In this document: in pieces, positions 32,901 to 47,900 of the stretch
Numbering within the stretch: the first letter of the stretch is position 1
Layout: every line of letters starts with the position of its first letter
Assembly (NCBI GenBank): GCA_040285745.1
Contig: JAUFOR010000006.1
Span: forward strand, 620,001 to 684,000
DNA from: Barthelona sp. PCE
Taxonomy: Eukaryota
DNA: 64,000 nt
Direction: 5' to 3'
Notes under the pieces: model-generated
Told to the model about the DNA's origin: nothing
What the model saw: only the letters and a program-made list of their open reading frames with translations
Database searches by the model: none
Made by a program: the position numbers and the translations under genes

Positions 32901-35900
32901 CTGAATTGTACGCATCAATAGGATCGATCATATTGGAAGATGTCCAGTCTCTGAACGGTACACTTGATTTAGAAAGTGCGCTCACAAAGGGTACCGGTCA
33001 TATTTTCTTTGATAAATTTAACGATACATTAAAACTTCAGACGCTCACTATTGATGGTGGTATCACAGAATTTAAGGATATTGAAGATCTGAGTTATTTT
33101 GATGAGCTGGTTATCAAAGGAGGTTATCTCATCTTTGCAACAGGTCAAGATGTAACCTTCCGTTCGCTTCGTATTGAAGGTGGTTTCCGTTCAGGTGGTG
33201 ATCGTGTTATTGTAGATGAATTCTACTGGAGTAGCGGAGGTTTCGTTGGTGTTAAAGATTCATCGAACCCTGTTGAAACGGTTGTTAATGGTAGAGCCAT
33301 CATTGAGTCTAATTCTGGAAAGTATATGGCATGGGAATCGCGTTTAGATATTTATGGAGATCTTGAGATGAGCGGTTCCGATTACATTCATTCATGTCAG
33401 AAGACGAATTATATTCGTTACTATGGTAATAACGCAACCATTACTGGCGGTCACAAGTTCCGTAACTATAAGGGATATTGTAGTCTGTACGGTAGTGCAC
33501 CTACATATTATATTGATCGATTTAATAAGCAACCTATCCGATGTGGTTACAGTGGTGGTGTTTGTACATGGTATGCAAAGGCATATTGTTATAATTATGG
33601 CAGTGCAGGAGCTTCGTACGTTAACTTCCTCAACTATGGTAATGCAACATATGAGAATGGTTATTTCACTCATGAAGAATCAGGATTTGCTTTTGTTGGT
33701 AATAACACAGCAAAGAATTTTGCATTTACAACAAGAACAGGGTACAACTTTGCTAATGATTCATATCTAGAACTTCATAATGGTTCTGTCTTGACGAGTT
33801 ATTATGGAAACACAGTTGTCCATCATACTGCTTCGATTGTTGAAGTATTAGACGATTCAGTTGAAGGATTGATATTACCACCCCCAAGAATTACGTTTGC
33901 ACAGAGTTATTCACACCCATCTTGTTCACAATGTAGATGTTTCCAACTGCCAACTTGGGATGTTTACGGTAAACTTGTTCTTTCAGAGGGATTGTATATC
34001 CCGTTTGGTTCCATCCGATTCCATGCAAATTCAACACTCTTAGCTGACATTATTACAGTTAATGGTCTTTCAAGAATAGCATGCACAGGTCGATGTGGAA
34101 CTCAGTCAACATCTCACTACAACGGTCGAATATACATTGATCCAGTTGAACCACAGCTTACTGTTCGTAAACTCACTTTGCACGGTAACGATAATAGTCA
34201 AGGTATTGTGTACTTTAACCAAGATCGTGAAGGCATATTTGAGGAAATTCATATGGACGGTGGTGCTATTGGTGGAAAAGATAATGTCACAGTTACTGAG
34301 AAGCTGACATGGGAATCTGGATCGTTCTTTGATGGAGTTACTGTTCGTTCTGAGAATGTTCTTCAGTTTGTTGGTCCTTCTAAGAAATATATCAATGGTC
34401 AGACAACTGTCATCACTGAGAAGGAGACGGTCTTCTCCGGTACTGGTACTCTGATGCTTATTGATGGAGCAACCTTCCAAAACAATGGTGATCTATCTAT
34501 TGAATCATCCACTGTCATTGAATCAGGCGGTTCTGTACGTTCTTCATTCCTCAACAATGGTACTTTCACTGTACGTGAACCCACTGAGGAATTCTTCGTA
34601 AAGGCAATGTTTGATTCCATCGAGAATTCAACTGTTCAGTTGTTGGCAGGAGATACATATGTTCTTGAAGGTGGTTCTTTCCGTGGTAATATCTCTATTC
34701 CTAACAATCAAACACGACTCTTTATTGGTAAGTCAGATTACCATTCACCATTTGCTAGTGAACCAGTATGGTTATTCACTGAAGAATCAACATATGAAAT
34801 GTACGGTCAGATGATCGTACAAGAACGTGGTCATGTACAGTTCAAGGGTTCTGTTTATTCAAACACTACAATGATTTCAGAGAATGGTATCCTTACATTC
34901 CATGATAACTGTACAGTCTTGAAGTTGGACGATCTTATTGTTCGTGGTTCCTCTGGTGAGATTAATTACTTTGATGTTAATGGTACTGTCTGGCTGGATT
35001 CAGTCTATCAATACGATGGTTCTGTTAATTTCTTGACAGGTGATATTTGTCACATCAATACACTTTGGATTGAAGACGGTCTCAGAGGTGGCTCAGATAC
35101 TGTGTACATTCATGATCTCTTGCACTGGGAGGGTGGTGGTTTCAACTACAATTCTACCACAGTTGTTAAGACGCACGCTAATGTACTCAAGTCTGCATCA
35201 TCCCGTTTGTTTGATAACGCTACTCTCATCAATGAGGGTGTTCTTTACTTCCCTGTCGCAAGTGCTAGCAAGGAAACAGTGAAGGAAGCAAATCTTCGTG
35301 CCGGTAATGGCGCTCGTCTTATCAATACATTCAATGCAACGATGAAGGTCCACCACGATATTCGTATGGATCTTATCGATTTTACTGACGAGGCAGAGTT
35401 CATTAATAATGGTGTTCTTGAGGCAAAGACCAGACACTTTTATTCAAAGTTAGCATGTAAGAATCATCAAGAGATCTATATTGATGGTGATTTCCGTTGT
35501 CTAAGAGGTGGTTATTCAAATCACACAATCTTTATTGAACCTGAAGGTAAGTTCGGTGTTGCTAATGAGTTCTTCATTGAACATGGTTCATCTCTGTTGG
35601 GTAGTAAGGGTCTTATTCATCTTAATGATGATTCTGCCGCAGCTAAGCTCGATCCTGAGCCACCAGGTATTCTACATGTCCATGGTATGTTCAATATGAC
35701 TGATATTAGTGTCTATGATGTTGGTCAGATTCTTATTTATAGTGATGCTGATATATCCAACTCAACAACTATTTTGCTTAGTGGATCCAATATTACCATT
35801 GACACACGTGAATTCCCTGTAGCTTTTAATAAGATTACGCTAAAGGACGGTTATTTCTTTGCTTGTACATCGCATTTGGTCTATATCAAGGAGATGACCA

Positions 35901-38900
35901 TCTCAGGAGGTTTCCGTGGATGTTCTGATGAAATCATTATCGAGGACGCGTTCTATTGGGAACGTGGTGGTCTTATGGATAACGGAACAACGTCTTCACA
36001 GACATTGACAAAGATCCTTAACACTTCACCATTTATTATGTTGCTTCCTCCATTTATTAGACCTTCTCTCAATCTTCAACTGCTCGATAACTCTACCTTT
36101 ATTAACAGAGGTTTGTGCGAGACCATATTTAAGGCTAATCTACGTGGTGATCCCAACACAACAATCGTTAACGAGGGTGATTGGGTAACTATTAAACCTA
36201 TGAAGTTCGCAATGCCTTGGGATACGACATTAGTCGATGTCACCAATGAAGCTGAAGATTATGCATACTTTGTTGATCATTACGAATTGGGTATTTATGA
36301 TGACAAAGCAACTTTTATTAACCGTGGACAATTATATGGTCAGGAAGACGATCCATCTGCAGACGATTACTTGGTTGGACTGGATTTCCAGGCCGACTGG
36401 CGCTTTGTGTTAGAGGATGGTAACTTCACACTTAACTTCCCTAAGTTCGTTACAGAACTGAACTACGGTTATCGTGGAAGTGAAGGTGGTATTCACATGA
36501 CTGAGGATACCGAGCTTGTTATTAGCTCTGACTTTGTGTTTGAGCAAAATTCAACCTTTACTGGTTATAACACAGTCATCAGGGTCAACAATGGTTCAAC
36601 ATTGGTTCTAGGTGGCTATTACTGTGTCACTGGACCCAAATCTATCTTTATTGGTTCGGGACGCCTTATCTTTACATCTACAACACAGTTCTGTGAAGGA
36701 GCAATTCTACCCTTGTGTGGAATCAACATCACAATTGACTCTGTTCTGCCAGTCAACATTTATGGATTGTCATTGGATTGTGGATCATGCAGACTTGGCC
36801 CTGGCCTGTTGCATTTGAAACAATTCAAGTTCATGAACGGTTGTCTTGCAGAAAATGGTACAACAAAGATTGAGGAGAACATGGACGTTATGACCGAGGC
36901 AGATCATTTGTTACTTGATGACCACATGCTCATAAACGATGGAAAGTCCAAGATCCATCCTGGATCAGTACTCTCTGGTGTTAACGCAACACTGCATAAC
37001 ACCGAAGATTCAACCGTTTCTGTTTGTGGTGGCGCAATGATCACAGACATCCCCGATAGTAATCACACATTATTAATACATAATGATGGTTGGGTGGCTA
37101 AGGACTGCGGTAGTAAGGATGACCTTGCCTCTGTTGCTACTGATTTTTATCAGACTTCAACAGGTACATTCTACATTGATTTGGGTTATTTCACACTTGA
37201 TGGTAAGAACGTTACTCTTTTTGGTGATCTTTATATTGCCCAGGAGGGTATCTACCCCGTTGACGTAGATCGTACTGTTGATGGTACAGGAACGTTCACA
37301 ATCGAGTGCGGTGGTCTTGTGCCAATTGCCGCCAATGCCACTCTTACAGTGTCACGCATGTTGTTTAACTACAGCTCATCTTGCTCATATGATATTGATT
37401 CAGGAGCTATGCTCTTCTCAGATGACGCACGTGTCATGTACTTTGATAACGTTATCGATGGTGCTGCGATGATTTATGAAGATATCCACTGCGATTATGT
37501 TACATTAGGTGAAGTAACACTGAAGAATGGTGGTGTGCTTAACGTATCCACTGACTGCGATGTTGTAGTTGATGACTTAATTATTGATGACGGTATCAGA
37601 TATGGTACCTCAACCGTAACTACCAATGAAGTCAATTGGAAAGAGGGCGGCTTTTCAGGCGCCGGAAAGACAGTTTTCAATGATGGTATTATTTACTCTA
37701 ACAATGATCATATTGCTGATAACGGAACCAATCTTTGGATTGGAAACTCTCTCACGTATATGAGCGGAGATCTTGACTTTAGTGGAGGTTCGATTCTTAA
37801 CGTTACGCATGGTGCAACATTCATATTCCCGCCTCTTGCTGCTGAGCGCACAATTAAGGGAGATGCTGCATCATACATGTATAACTATGGTTCTATTGAG
37901 AAGAACGGTACTGGAGATGTTTCAGTTGCTGCAGCATTCTCAAATTACCAGAGTATTCACGTAATGGAAGGAAGATTTATCATAGATTCTGACACAGTTT
38001 CACTTAACTTTGGTAATATTACTATTGAAGAAGACTGTGAAGTGCACTTAAGTTCATGTCGCTTAAAGGATCAGTCTGTCTTTGATGGCGCTGGTGATCT
38101 TTATGTGACTGGTGAAGTTGTCGTCGAGCAGGGCGCTAACTTTGAGTTGACTGGTTGTATTTATATTATGGAAGGTGGCACTCTCATTTTCCAATCTCTT
38201 ACTCGTGAAGAGATCAACATATGTGGCATCTATGAGGACGGTGAATTGGTTATGGAGAGCAGTGAAATCACACAAGTTACTGTTGATTTCGTTGATAAGG
38301 GTGCAATCACAGGTACAATGTCTGATTACAGCTTGTATGTCGGCACTTTTAACAATGCTACATTCACAAATGACAATGGTGTTTTAGCTAATTTGACCAT
38401 TGATGAAATCTTTGCTGATTCTGAAATCGAAATCTCTGTTAGTACGTTAAATGCAATTTTCTTCCCTGATGTCAGGAATTCAACTCTCAGTTTCTTAGGT
38501 TGTACCTCTGTATTCAACGAGTTGAACTTGAATGATGTTGACTTTTCTATTGTTACAGGCCCACGTGCTGAGTTTGTTGATACAGTATATGTATTCGAGA
38601 ATAACTCTAACATTGAGATTGTGTCACAGGTTTACTTAAATGAGACTGAGTTTATCATTAGTGAGAACACTAATGTTTCAGTATCATCTCGCATGGAGGG
38701 CGTTTTTAGTCGCATTGAACTATTGTCTAACAGTGGTCTTTTCTTACCTGACTATACTGTGAAGGAGTTTGTGTTCAATACAGGACGACTTGACGATAAC
38801 ACGAAACTGTATGTTGAGCATATAATGTTTGTCAATGACTCACTGAAGGATTTTGGTGAGAATGTCAACGTTACTGTTTATGATAGTATTGAGTGGTTTG

Positions 38901-41900
38901 ACGGCGAGATCTTTGGTGAAAACGAGAATACCTTTATGTACTGCACTGATACATGTGTGTTAGATATTACAGCAGTTGATGATGTTATGTCAGTGCCTTT
39001 CAATATGTCAAACTATGATCGTCCTCTATTGATTACTGATAACGTCACAAATGTCAAGGGTGCAGGTAACGTCACTATCCAATGGCGTTGGAATATCAAT
39101 GGAGATGTACATGTTGACACTGGTAAGTATCTTATTCTAGATGGACCTACCGTTGTTGATAACTCAGATATTTATATTGGAGCTGATGGCCTTCTTGATC
39201 TGAAATCCAATTTCACACTTCAACAAAATTGTTCCATTGATGCTGATGGTAACGTTGCGGTAACTGATCCAGATTCATGGGTCAGTCTTAACGGTACGTT
39301 CAGCGTTCGTCAAACTTTCTGGGTTGACGATGGTCTTACAGATTTACGTTACTGTCAAATCCCTGAGATGCATCTTGATTGGACTGATGGTATTATTCTA
39401 TTCAGAGAAGCTTGGGGTCGTGATATTTATATTCCACTCATTTATGATGATTTTGTTGAGTTTGTTGAAGAAAATGAGTTTAACTCCATCACTGTTGGTG
39501 AAATGGTTCATTACAACCTTGATTTAGGACCGTGTTTCTTCAACTGGTCCGTTATTCATAAAATATCAGGTGGTGACACTAATCTTTATCCTAACGGTAC
39601 CATTCTTTCAATGAAATTCCTTGATATTGAAGGTGGTAACGTTACATTCCACCCTGATTTCACTGCTGATATTCCTGTCATGGAAGTTAATGGTGGAGAG
39701 GTCACTTTCATGGAGGGAACAAATGTAACAATAGATTCATTCAATGCAACTTCAAATGGAACCATTCGTATTGAGCAGTATTCTGTTAATGATGATTTCT
39801 TGGAACGAGTACATGCTATTGATGAGAGTGTGATTGATATTACTGCTGATATTAATCGTTTCATCATTGAGCTTATTACTGAAGATAATGCAACGGTTGT
39901 CAATCCTAACACGTATAACACTTTCAGTGAGTGGGATTGGATCGGTGGTGGTCTTGGTGATGGCACAAATGCAATTGTTGAGGGAGATATGACTATAAGC
40001 TCATGTGATCCCCACAGTATTCATACAGGTGCTGTTTTGAACATAACTAAACTCACTAACGCTGTTGTACTTGGTTGCGATGGATGTGGTTCATGTGGTG
40101 GAATCATCATGCACCCAGATTCTGCAATTTATGTTAACAGTGAAGGTTTAATCACTTTTGAGGACAGCCCTCAAGGAATTGGTGTTTGGAAGTTGGAAGA
40201 GGGTTCATCAAACCTCCCTATTTTCCAGATAGAAGAGAATGCTGCGCTCATTGTTAAAGATACAGCACCAGGTGTTGAATTTGATGTTCCTCTTGTTATT
40301 GATAATGGAGGTGAATTTAATATAACTGGCGGTGGTTGGGTTACTATTAGTGATCCGGCTGACATTGCTGGTGATCTTTACATATGTGACACTTGTACTC
40401 TAGAAATTAATAGCACAATGACTGTTACAGGTAAGATTTACGGTAACGGTACTGTTCTCATTCGTGACGATGGATATTTAGATATTGTTAATGTTTGTGA
40501 GGCTGGACTTGAATATATTGTTGATGAAGGTCTTATGAGAGTTAACCGTGATGCAATGTGTAGTGGTATTGATGCAGAGATGGCACACAATGGTACACTT
40601 ATATTCGATGGTACTGTTGATGGTGTTACCGACCTTCACATCCATGATGAAGGTAAGGTTCAGGTGACCAACACTGCTGTTCTTACTCAGCTAAAGAACG
40701 TTCTTGTTGAAAGTGGAGAGCGCAATACCACATATCTGCACTTACAGGGTGGTATTGATGTCACTCTCCACCCTGATAGTGTCATGACAGTCGATACTGG
40801 TCTAATTCATCTCGACACAGACGCCAACGTCAAGGGTAACTGCCCATCATTTGTTATTGATGACGGTGAGGTCTTGCTCGAAGAAAATGCGTTTGCTAAT
40901 TCACCTGAGCACAGAATAATTTGTGATGTAACTGTCAATGGTGGTCTTCTGAACGTTTCCACTGGATCAATTGAGGAGATCAAGAGGTTAACCATCAACG
41001 ACGGTGTTGTTGGTAAAGGTACTTCGATCATTCATGTTTCAACCGCTTTGGATTGGACTAACGGTCTAGTTGATATTGATACCGTTGCACTTGCAGGTTC
41101 TGTTAATTCATTCACGACAAGCGGCATCAAAGCGATCGGTTCTGATGTGAACGTTCAGCTTTCTGGTGTCACCACAGTGAGTGCCGGTACTGTGTTCTTC
41201 AACAACAGGAGTACAATCTTGGTTGATGGAGATATGGTTGTTGATGGACAATCTGTCTTTGAACCCGAGACTTTTGGCGATGAAGGTGAAACTCTTATTA
41301 CTGTCACAGGAGCGCTTACAACAATGTGTGCAGGTCAACAAGTTGACTTCCACGTCAACATAACTGCTGAGGATAATGGTGATGTCACAATCAACAATTG
41401 TATTGCTGTTTCTGATGCTAATGTTCTTTTTGATGATCTTTCAACACTTTCAATCGTTAATAGCGGTCGCTTGTACATTGAGAATACTTTTAAACAAGAA
41501 ATAGATGCAAGAATCAGTGGTTCAGACAATCTTATTGTCAACCATACTGATGCAATTGCATATATACATGGTGAGGTTGATATGACCGGTAGTGTGATTG
41601 TTCAAGGTGGTATGGCCCGTTTCTACGGAGGATACGATGCAGTAGACGTAAGTGTTGTTGCTGATGGTGTTGATTCTCATATCGAATTTTTGGATGCTGT
41701 TACTCACAATATTGATATTACCGTTGACAATATGGGTACAGTTGATTTCATTTCAAATTTGGTTGATTCTATCAACTCCATTCAAGTTGTCAATGGATCT
41801 GTGACGTTTAGAAATAACGTGGATGTAACTCTCAACGGTAACGTTGTAGTCAACCACGGTACACTCGCAATATCCGAAGTATCAAAACTTACAATGAGCA

Positions 41901-44900
41901 CACCCACATTTGTTCAGAACAATGGTACTGTACACATGGATAATATTGAGGCATCATCCTCAATTGATTCCTATGTATTGGCGCTGGGAGATCTCATCAT
42001 CGACTCTGAAGTTTCAGTTGTTGATTTCCATCTGGATTGCACATCAGGTGTAGGTGGTACACGAAACGGAACAGGTGATTTGATTGTGACGAATGACTTC
42101 CTATGGGAATGTGGTGTGCTCGAGGGTGCTTCCGTTATCACAATCATGGATAATGGTACCATTATGGGTGAGGGTTTGAAGGTTCTTCACAATGAAATGC
42201 AGCTTGTTAACAATAAGACTCTTTACTTTGCTGAGGATACTCTTATTCAAGGTGACGAAGCCGATCTTATTAATAATGATTACATGATTATTGATGATGG
42301 AAGTCACCTGTTACACACTAATGTTACAATTGATCGTAACGTAATCACAAACAATGGTTATGTTGATGTTAACACATCGCGTGCTGTTATTATTCAGTGG
42401 GTATTTGAAGACTTTAATTCTTCAGATTTTTGTAATGTAATATTTGGTACAGATGTCACATTCAGTTCAGATATGGAAATTCCTGCTGGATGTCGTGTTG
42501 AATCCACAGCTAACATGGTAAGTTTGAGCAACACTACAATCATTGGTGCAGGTTCTCTTGTTTCAAGTGGAGAGTCTGCAACCGCTATAATATCAGGTTC
42601 AATTAATATGACTGGTACGATTGAAGCAGTTGGTGGAGCGGAAATGACGTTTGATGATACGAGTATTGTTGGTCTTAACATTGTTTCTGATGCATCAACG
42701 ATTCTCATTGATAAGGATGTTGATTTGGTTGAGATGACTCTGGATATTTCGACTGGATCTAATGTAACTGTGTCAACTGGCAACGGTGGTCATATTACAT
42801 CAGTGGGTGTTTCAAATTCAAAGGTTGAGTTCACATCTGACAGTGAGATCTCTCTGAGGTCTTCATCCATTAATGTTGTTGATTCATCTGTTGTGTTTGA
42901 CGGTGATCTCAACGATGAGGGAAGCGTTATTGAACTTCAGAGTGGTAACGTCACGTTTACATCAACTGTTGACGTTAACGATCTTATAATTGGCGAATTC
43001 AAATGTTTGGGAGGAGAAATTTTCATTGAAGTTGATGGTCTCAACGTTGAATCATTTGTACTCGACGGTTGTGATCGCCGTGGTCTTGGTTTACTGCAAG
43101 CTAGCAACATGACCTTGATTTCAGGACGAATGCTCGATGCAGGTATCTCACATGCCAATGATACCCTTTGGTTACCTAATCCTACTGTCACCTTAACAGA
43201 TAGTCATACATTGGAGAACCGTCAGAGCGCAGCATTTTGTGATGGTGATCTTACGCTATCTAATGATGCTAAGATTATCAATAAGGTTTCTGGTACCTTT
43301 GAGCTAATGAATGGTGTAATTTCAACTCCACACACTACAGCTGGAACTAAGCCATATTTTGTTAACGAAGGTACATTGCTCAAGAACGATTCACTCACAT
43401 TCACGCTTGATATTCACCTCGATAACAACGGTGTTATTGATGTTGCTGAAGGTGCAGTCATGATTGGTGATAACGTCACTCTGTCGAATGAAGGAACCCT
43501 CAACGTCGCTGACAGAGTAGGTGTTGTACCCACAGGTACCCTTGAACAAAGACAGAATCTTAATATCACAGAAGGAGGACATGTTGATGTTCAAGGTTCA
43601 TTCTTGAGCAAACCTGCCTCTTTATCAGTTGGTGCTGGTCAGCTCACGTTCGATCACCCTGAAGCTTACGGTTTCATCGAAGGACGTATTGAGAACATGA
43701 CTTGTATTGAACACAATGATGGAGAGCTCATTTTCGACTCACCTACATGTTCTGTTCCTGATTTGTGTGTAATTTCATATGCACTTCTGAACATTTCGGA
43801 ATGTGCTGTTACATACAGTAATATTACAGTACATGAAGGTAACACTAATCTTTTGGCTGATGCAGTTATTCCTGAGTTCCACACACTGTTTGTGGATGAT
43901 GGTCTCTTCACTGCATTCAAAGACACTGACATCACTTTGACAGGAACGGTCGATGTTGAGGGACAGGGAACAGTATTATTTGATAGTGATTCTGATGTTA
44001 AGGGAACAACTAAAACAAATGTATCAATGAGTAGCAGCGATGCAGCTCTTATTGTTGAACCATTGAAGTCTGCTCCATTGATGATTCATTCATTATTATT
44101 GAATAACGGTAATTTAACATTGAGATCTAATGTTAAGTCTTATAATGCCAACCTCACATCTGGTATTGTTGATGGAACTTCTGTTCTTGAGACCGACAAG
44201 ATGATTCTTGATGAGACAAAACTAACCGAATCTGTCACAACACGTGTATTAGATGATGGTCATATTAGAGGTAACGCTGTTGTTGATGAGAATCACGAGA
44301 TTGTATTTGTCAATGCAGGTCTTGGTGATCATGACTTTGATTTGTTGGATTCTGCTAAGCTTACTATTTTAGATGGTGGTAGTGTAACATTTGGTAACAC
44401 TACTATTAGTAGTGTACCCACAGCAAAAATTGATGTACATGGTCAAGTCCGTTTAGATGGATCATTCTTGACTGATGCAAACTTCACAATGTATCCTGAT
44501 GCCGTCATGCGTGTTAGTAATTCTGGTAATAATATTACTGGTGAATTTAACGCATTATGTCGATCATACATCACTGTTGAAGCAGATGCTCAGTTGCACT
44601 TATTCAACCAGTCTGTTGTTTGTGGTGATGTTGATATATCAGGTATCTTGTCATCCGAGGCAGGTGTTCATGAGTTCAAAGATTCACTTGATACATCAGG
44701 CGACGGAATATTCCTAATTAACAACGGTTCTGTAACTAACAAGGCTGATTCTATTGCTCTCAACACCGTCTCTGAAGGTGGTGAGTTCCTTCAAACTCCT
44801 AATGCAAATACCATCAACTGGCTGGTCGATGGTTCCACTGGTTTTATTATCGCTAATGGTTCGACAACAGCTATGGCAACCAACACAACAGGTGCTCATC

Positions 44901-47900
44901 TTACATTTGAAAAGAACGCTGTCGTGCAGAGCGTCATTGGTTCTATTGGTGGTGACTGTGATGTTCTTCCTGATTCCGACGTTAATGCTGTTGACGTTAC
45001 TTTTGTTGAGGATGGAAAGACTGTTGTTGCTGATGGTGCTAAGTTTAAGTGTGATGGTTGTTCGCTTACCTTAAACGACCAAGGAAACGTGAAGATTAAC
45101 AATGCTGGAGGTTCATCGACCTTGACCAATATTGTGTATGTTGGTAACAACGGATCTTCACTCATTGAATCTGATCAAGTATCCTTTGATTCAATCATAA
45201 TGAATGAAGGTATGCTCGGATTGAGTATGATAGATACCTCTCCTGCAGAGATTAACGCTGTTACAATGAATGATGGCGCCCTAGTTGGTACCGATGCAGT
45301 GTTTACAACTGCTACATTCTACGGTGGTAACTTTGGTTTCGATAACGCAACAATTGTTGATGATATCAACATGTTGTCAGAAGGAAACTTTACGTTCATG
45401 GAAGATTCCGTTACCAACATTGCATTCCCACTTATCGTTGACAGCACAGCTGACTTCCGCATGGATGCAAACTCGATCATCAACATTGATGGTAACATCA
45501 CTGGTGAAGGCGATTGGTCATGTACTGATGTCTCTGCTGATCAGTCTGCAGCTTGGACTGCTGACAGCCTTCTGGTAAAAAGCGGTGATTCACAATTGTG
45601 TGGAACTCTGACTCTTTCAGTGTGTAACGTTTCTGCCCTGGGTGGAGCAATGGTATTTGATGAACTCATTACTGATTGTGACATTCATCTTGATGGTGGT
45701 GCTGTCGGTTCAAAACGCCCGTTCCAACTCAATAAGAATGCTGTTATTGGTCCCTCTGGTACATTCATTGGTCAGATTGATGCGCATGGTGTTATTTTGC
45801 CACGTGATAAGATTACCTTCATTGGTAACCTGACAATGCAGCCAACAACACTGTTTGATGTTCGTTTATCCAATATCACAGAGTTTGATGCTCTTAATGT
45901 TACTGAGCATGCACACTTTGATGGACGCTTCCATCTGCGCTTCAGTTTAGAGTCTGAATTCGATAGAAGTGCAGAATTTGTTTTTGTACCTTACGGAAAT
46001 CACTCTGGTGCCTTCAATAACTTTACAGGTAACTGTATTTACAATTTCGGAATGAAGTTTACAGAAGAGCACTTTAAGTTGGTTGTTGGTCGTTCGATTG
46101 TTGACGATCTTCCAACAAATGTATTCCTTTGGCAGCACGGTCACGATACTATCTGTTGTGGAACGTTAGATGCTCCATGCCGAACTTACAATTACGCGTT
46201 AAGTCGTTCTATTCCATATGATACTCTTGTCTTTGCTAATGGTACTTACTCTGGTGAAGATCATCTTCCTATGAGAGTGACTCTTGAACATCCCGTGAAC
46301 CTTGTTCATGAAGATGATGGTGAGGCAATTATTGATTGTGAGTATGGTCCGCATCACGCAATCAGTCATCACGGTATTTACGAGTCGAGTGTTGTAGTTC
46401 GTGATATTTCAATTAAAAACTGTTATGAGCCACTCCATGTATCTCACAGTATGGTTGATCTTCAAGATATTGCGATTGAAAATTCGTGGGGTGATGAGTT
46501 CGGAGCTATTCTTATTAAGGGATCATTAGTTACTGCCAAGGGACTTCGCATTGATAACTCCACTGCCAATGACTTTGGTTCAATCCTTGTTCAGGCAGGT
46601 TCTAATGTTACATTGGATGACATTGTTATCAGCAACGTTTCATCTGTAGCTGGCCACGGTTCTGCACTTGCGGTCTATAACTCCTTATTATCTGCTAATT
46701 CTATGAATGTAACAGATAACGAGTGCGCTTCTAAATACGATCGTCTCATTGAGATGTTCGCTTCCAATATTAACTTCACACAAACTCATGTTTCTGAAGT
46801 TTGTGGTGGTGTGATGCTGGCTGAAGATTCAACAGTCGGTCTTGACAAAACACGTGTATCATCAGTCAGCAATTCACACATTGGTGGTGTCCTTGACGCT
46901 TCTAACTCTGTAATCTTCGTTAATGACATGACTGCCTCTGACATAACTGGTTATTCAAACTGTTTCGTTCATATTGAAGAGTCAGAAGCGTCATTCGAGA
47001 ACGTAAATGTTTCCGAATTACACTGTTCTGAACAGGCTGTTGCTTACGTACGTGATTCTGATGTTGATCTAAATTCCATGACTATCAATCCATTTGATAG
47101 AATTCTGGATTCTGCGCCCATTGTTGCTAACATGAGTCAGATTGCAGTTAACAGTTTGAATGTAAGTGATATTGTCGTTCAAGATGGTGCTGGTGTTCTT
47201 GAACTTTATAGCAGTGAAATTACTGTTGATGGTTCACGAATTAATAATATTACTTCAACGCTTGGTGCGATCTATGCACACAAATCTCCAGTTGAAATAA
47301 CAGATTCCAACATCTCTGGATCAAGTACAAACGGTGTCGGTGCTGCTGTTCACACAGTTGATACTCCTAGTGTTGTTATTTCGAACTCAACCTTTGAGGA
47401 CAACGAGGCGCTGGTCGGTGGTGCTATTGCTGTACAAGGCAACGCTTCCATCCATGATAACGCGTTCCGCCGCAACCGTGCAGAAATTGCAGGTGGTGCA
47501 GTCGCGTTTGTTGATCCCAACACTCCCTTCAACGAGTCCAACCCAAGCGTCGACGACTTGTTCATGTCTCATGAGGACGACATCAGTGATAACTCTATTG
47601 CTGACAACCAGTTCTCGAGCAACACCGCTGGAGACATTGGAGGTGCCTGGTTCTCGAATCTTAAACAGGTTCCGACCAATGCAGACGCAGACAGTAACTC
47701 GTATTACGCCAATGAGGCGGATTCTTACGGTGCTGATGCTGCAACCGATCCGCGTAAGCTACGCGTGTCTGTTGACGAACCCTTCGATGAGCAATCAGAG
47801 ACCGAGCCTAAGAAACATGTGCATGTTGTTGTTGTTGATGGATTTAATACTTCCGTTGTAGACAGCACACTGCGTCGTCTCTCTTTGGCTCCGTCCTCAG

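Noticed and set aside
40076-40096. CDGCGSC resembling a ferredoxin CxxCxxC Fe-S motif
   Set aside because: It lacks the following xxxCP cysteine and lies in a predicted extracellular region where disulfides are more plausible.
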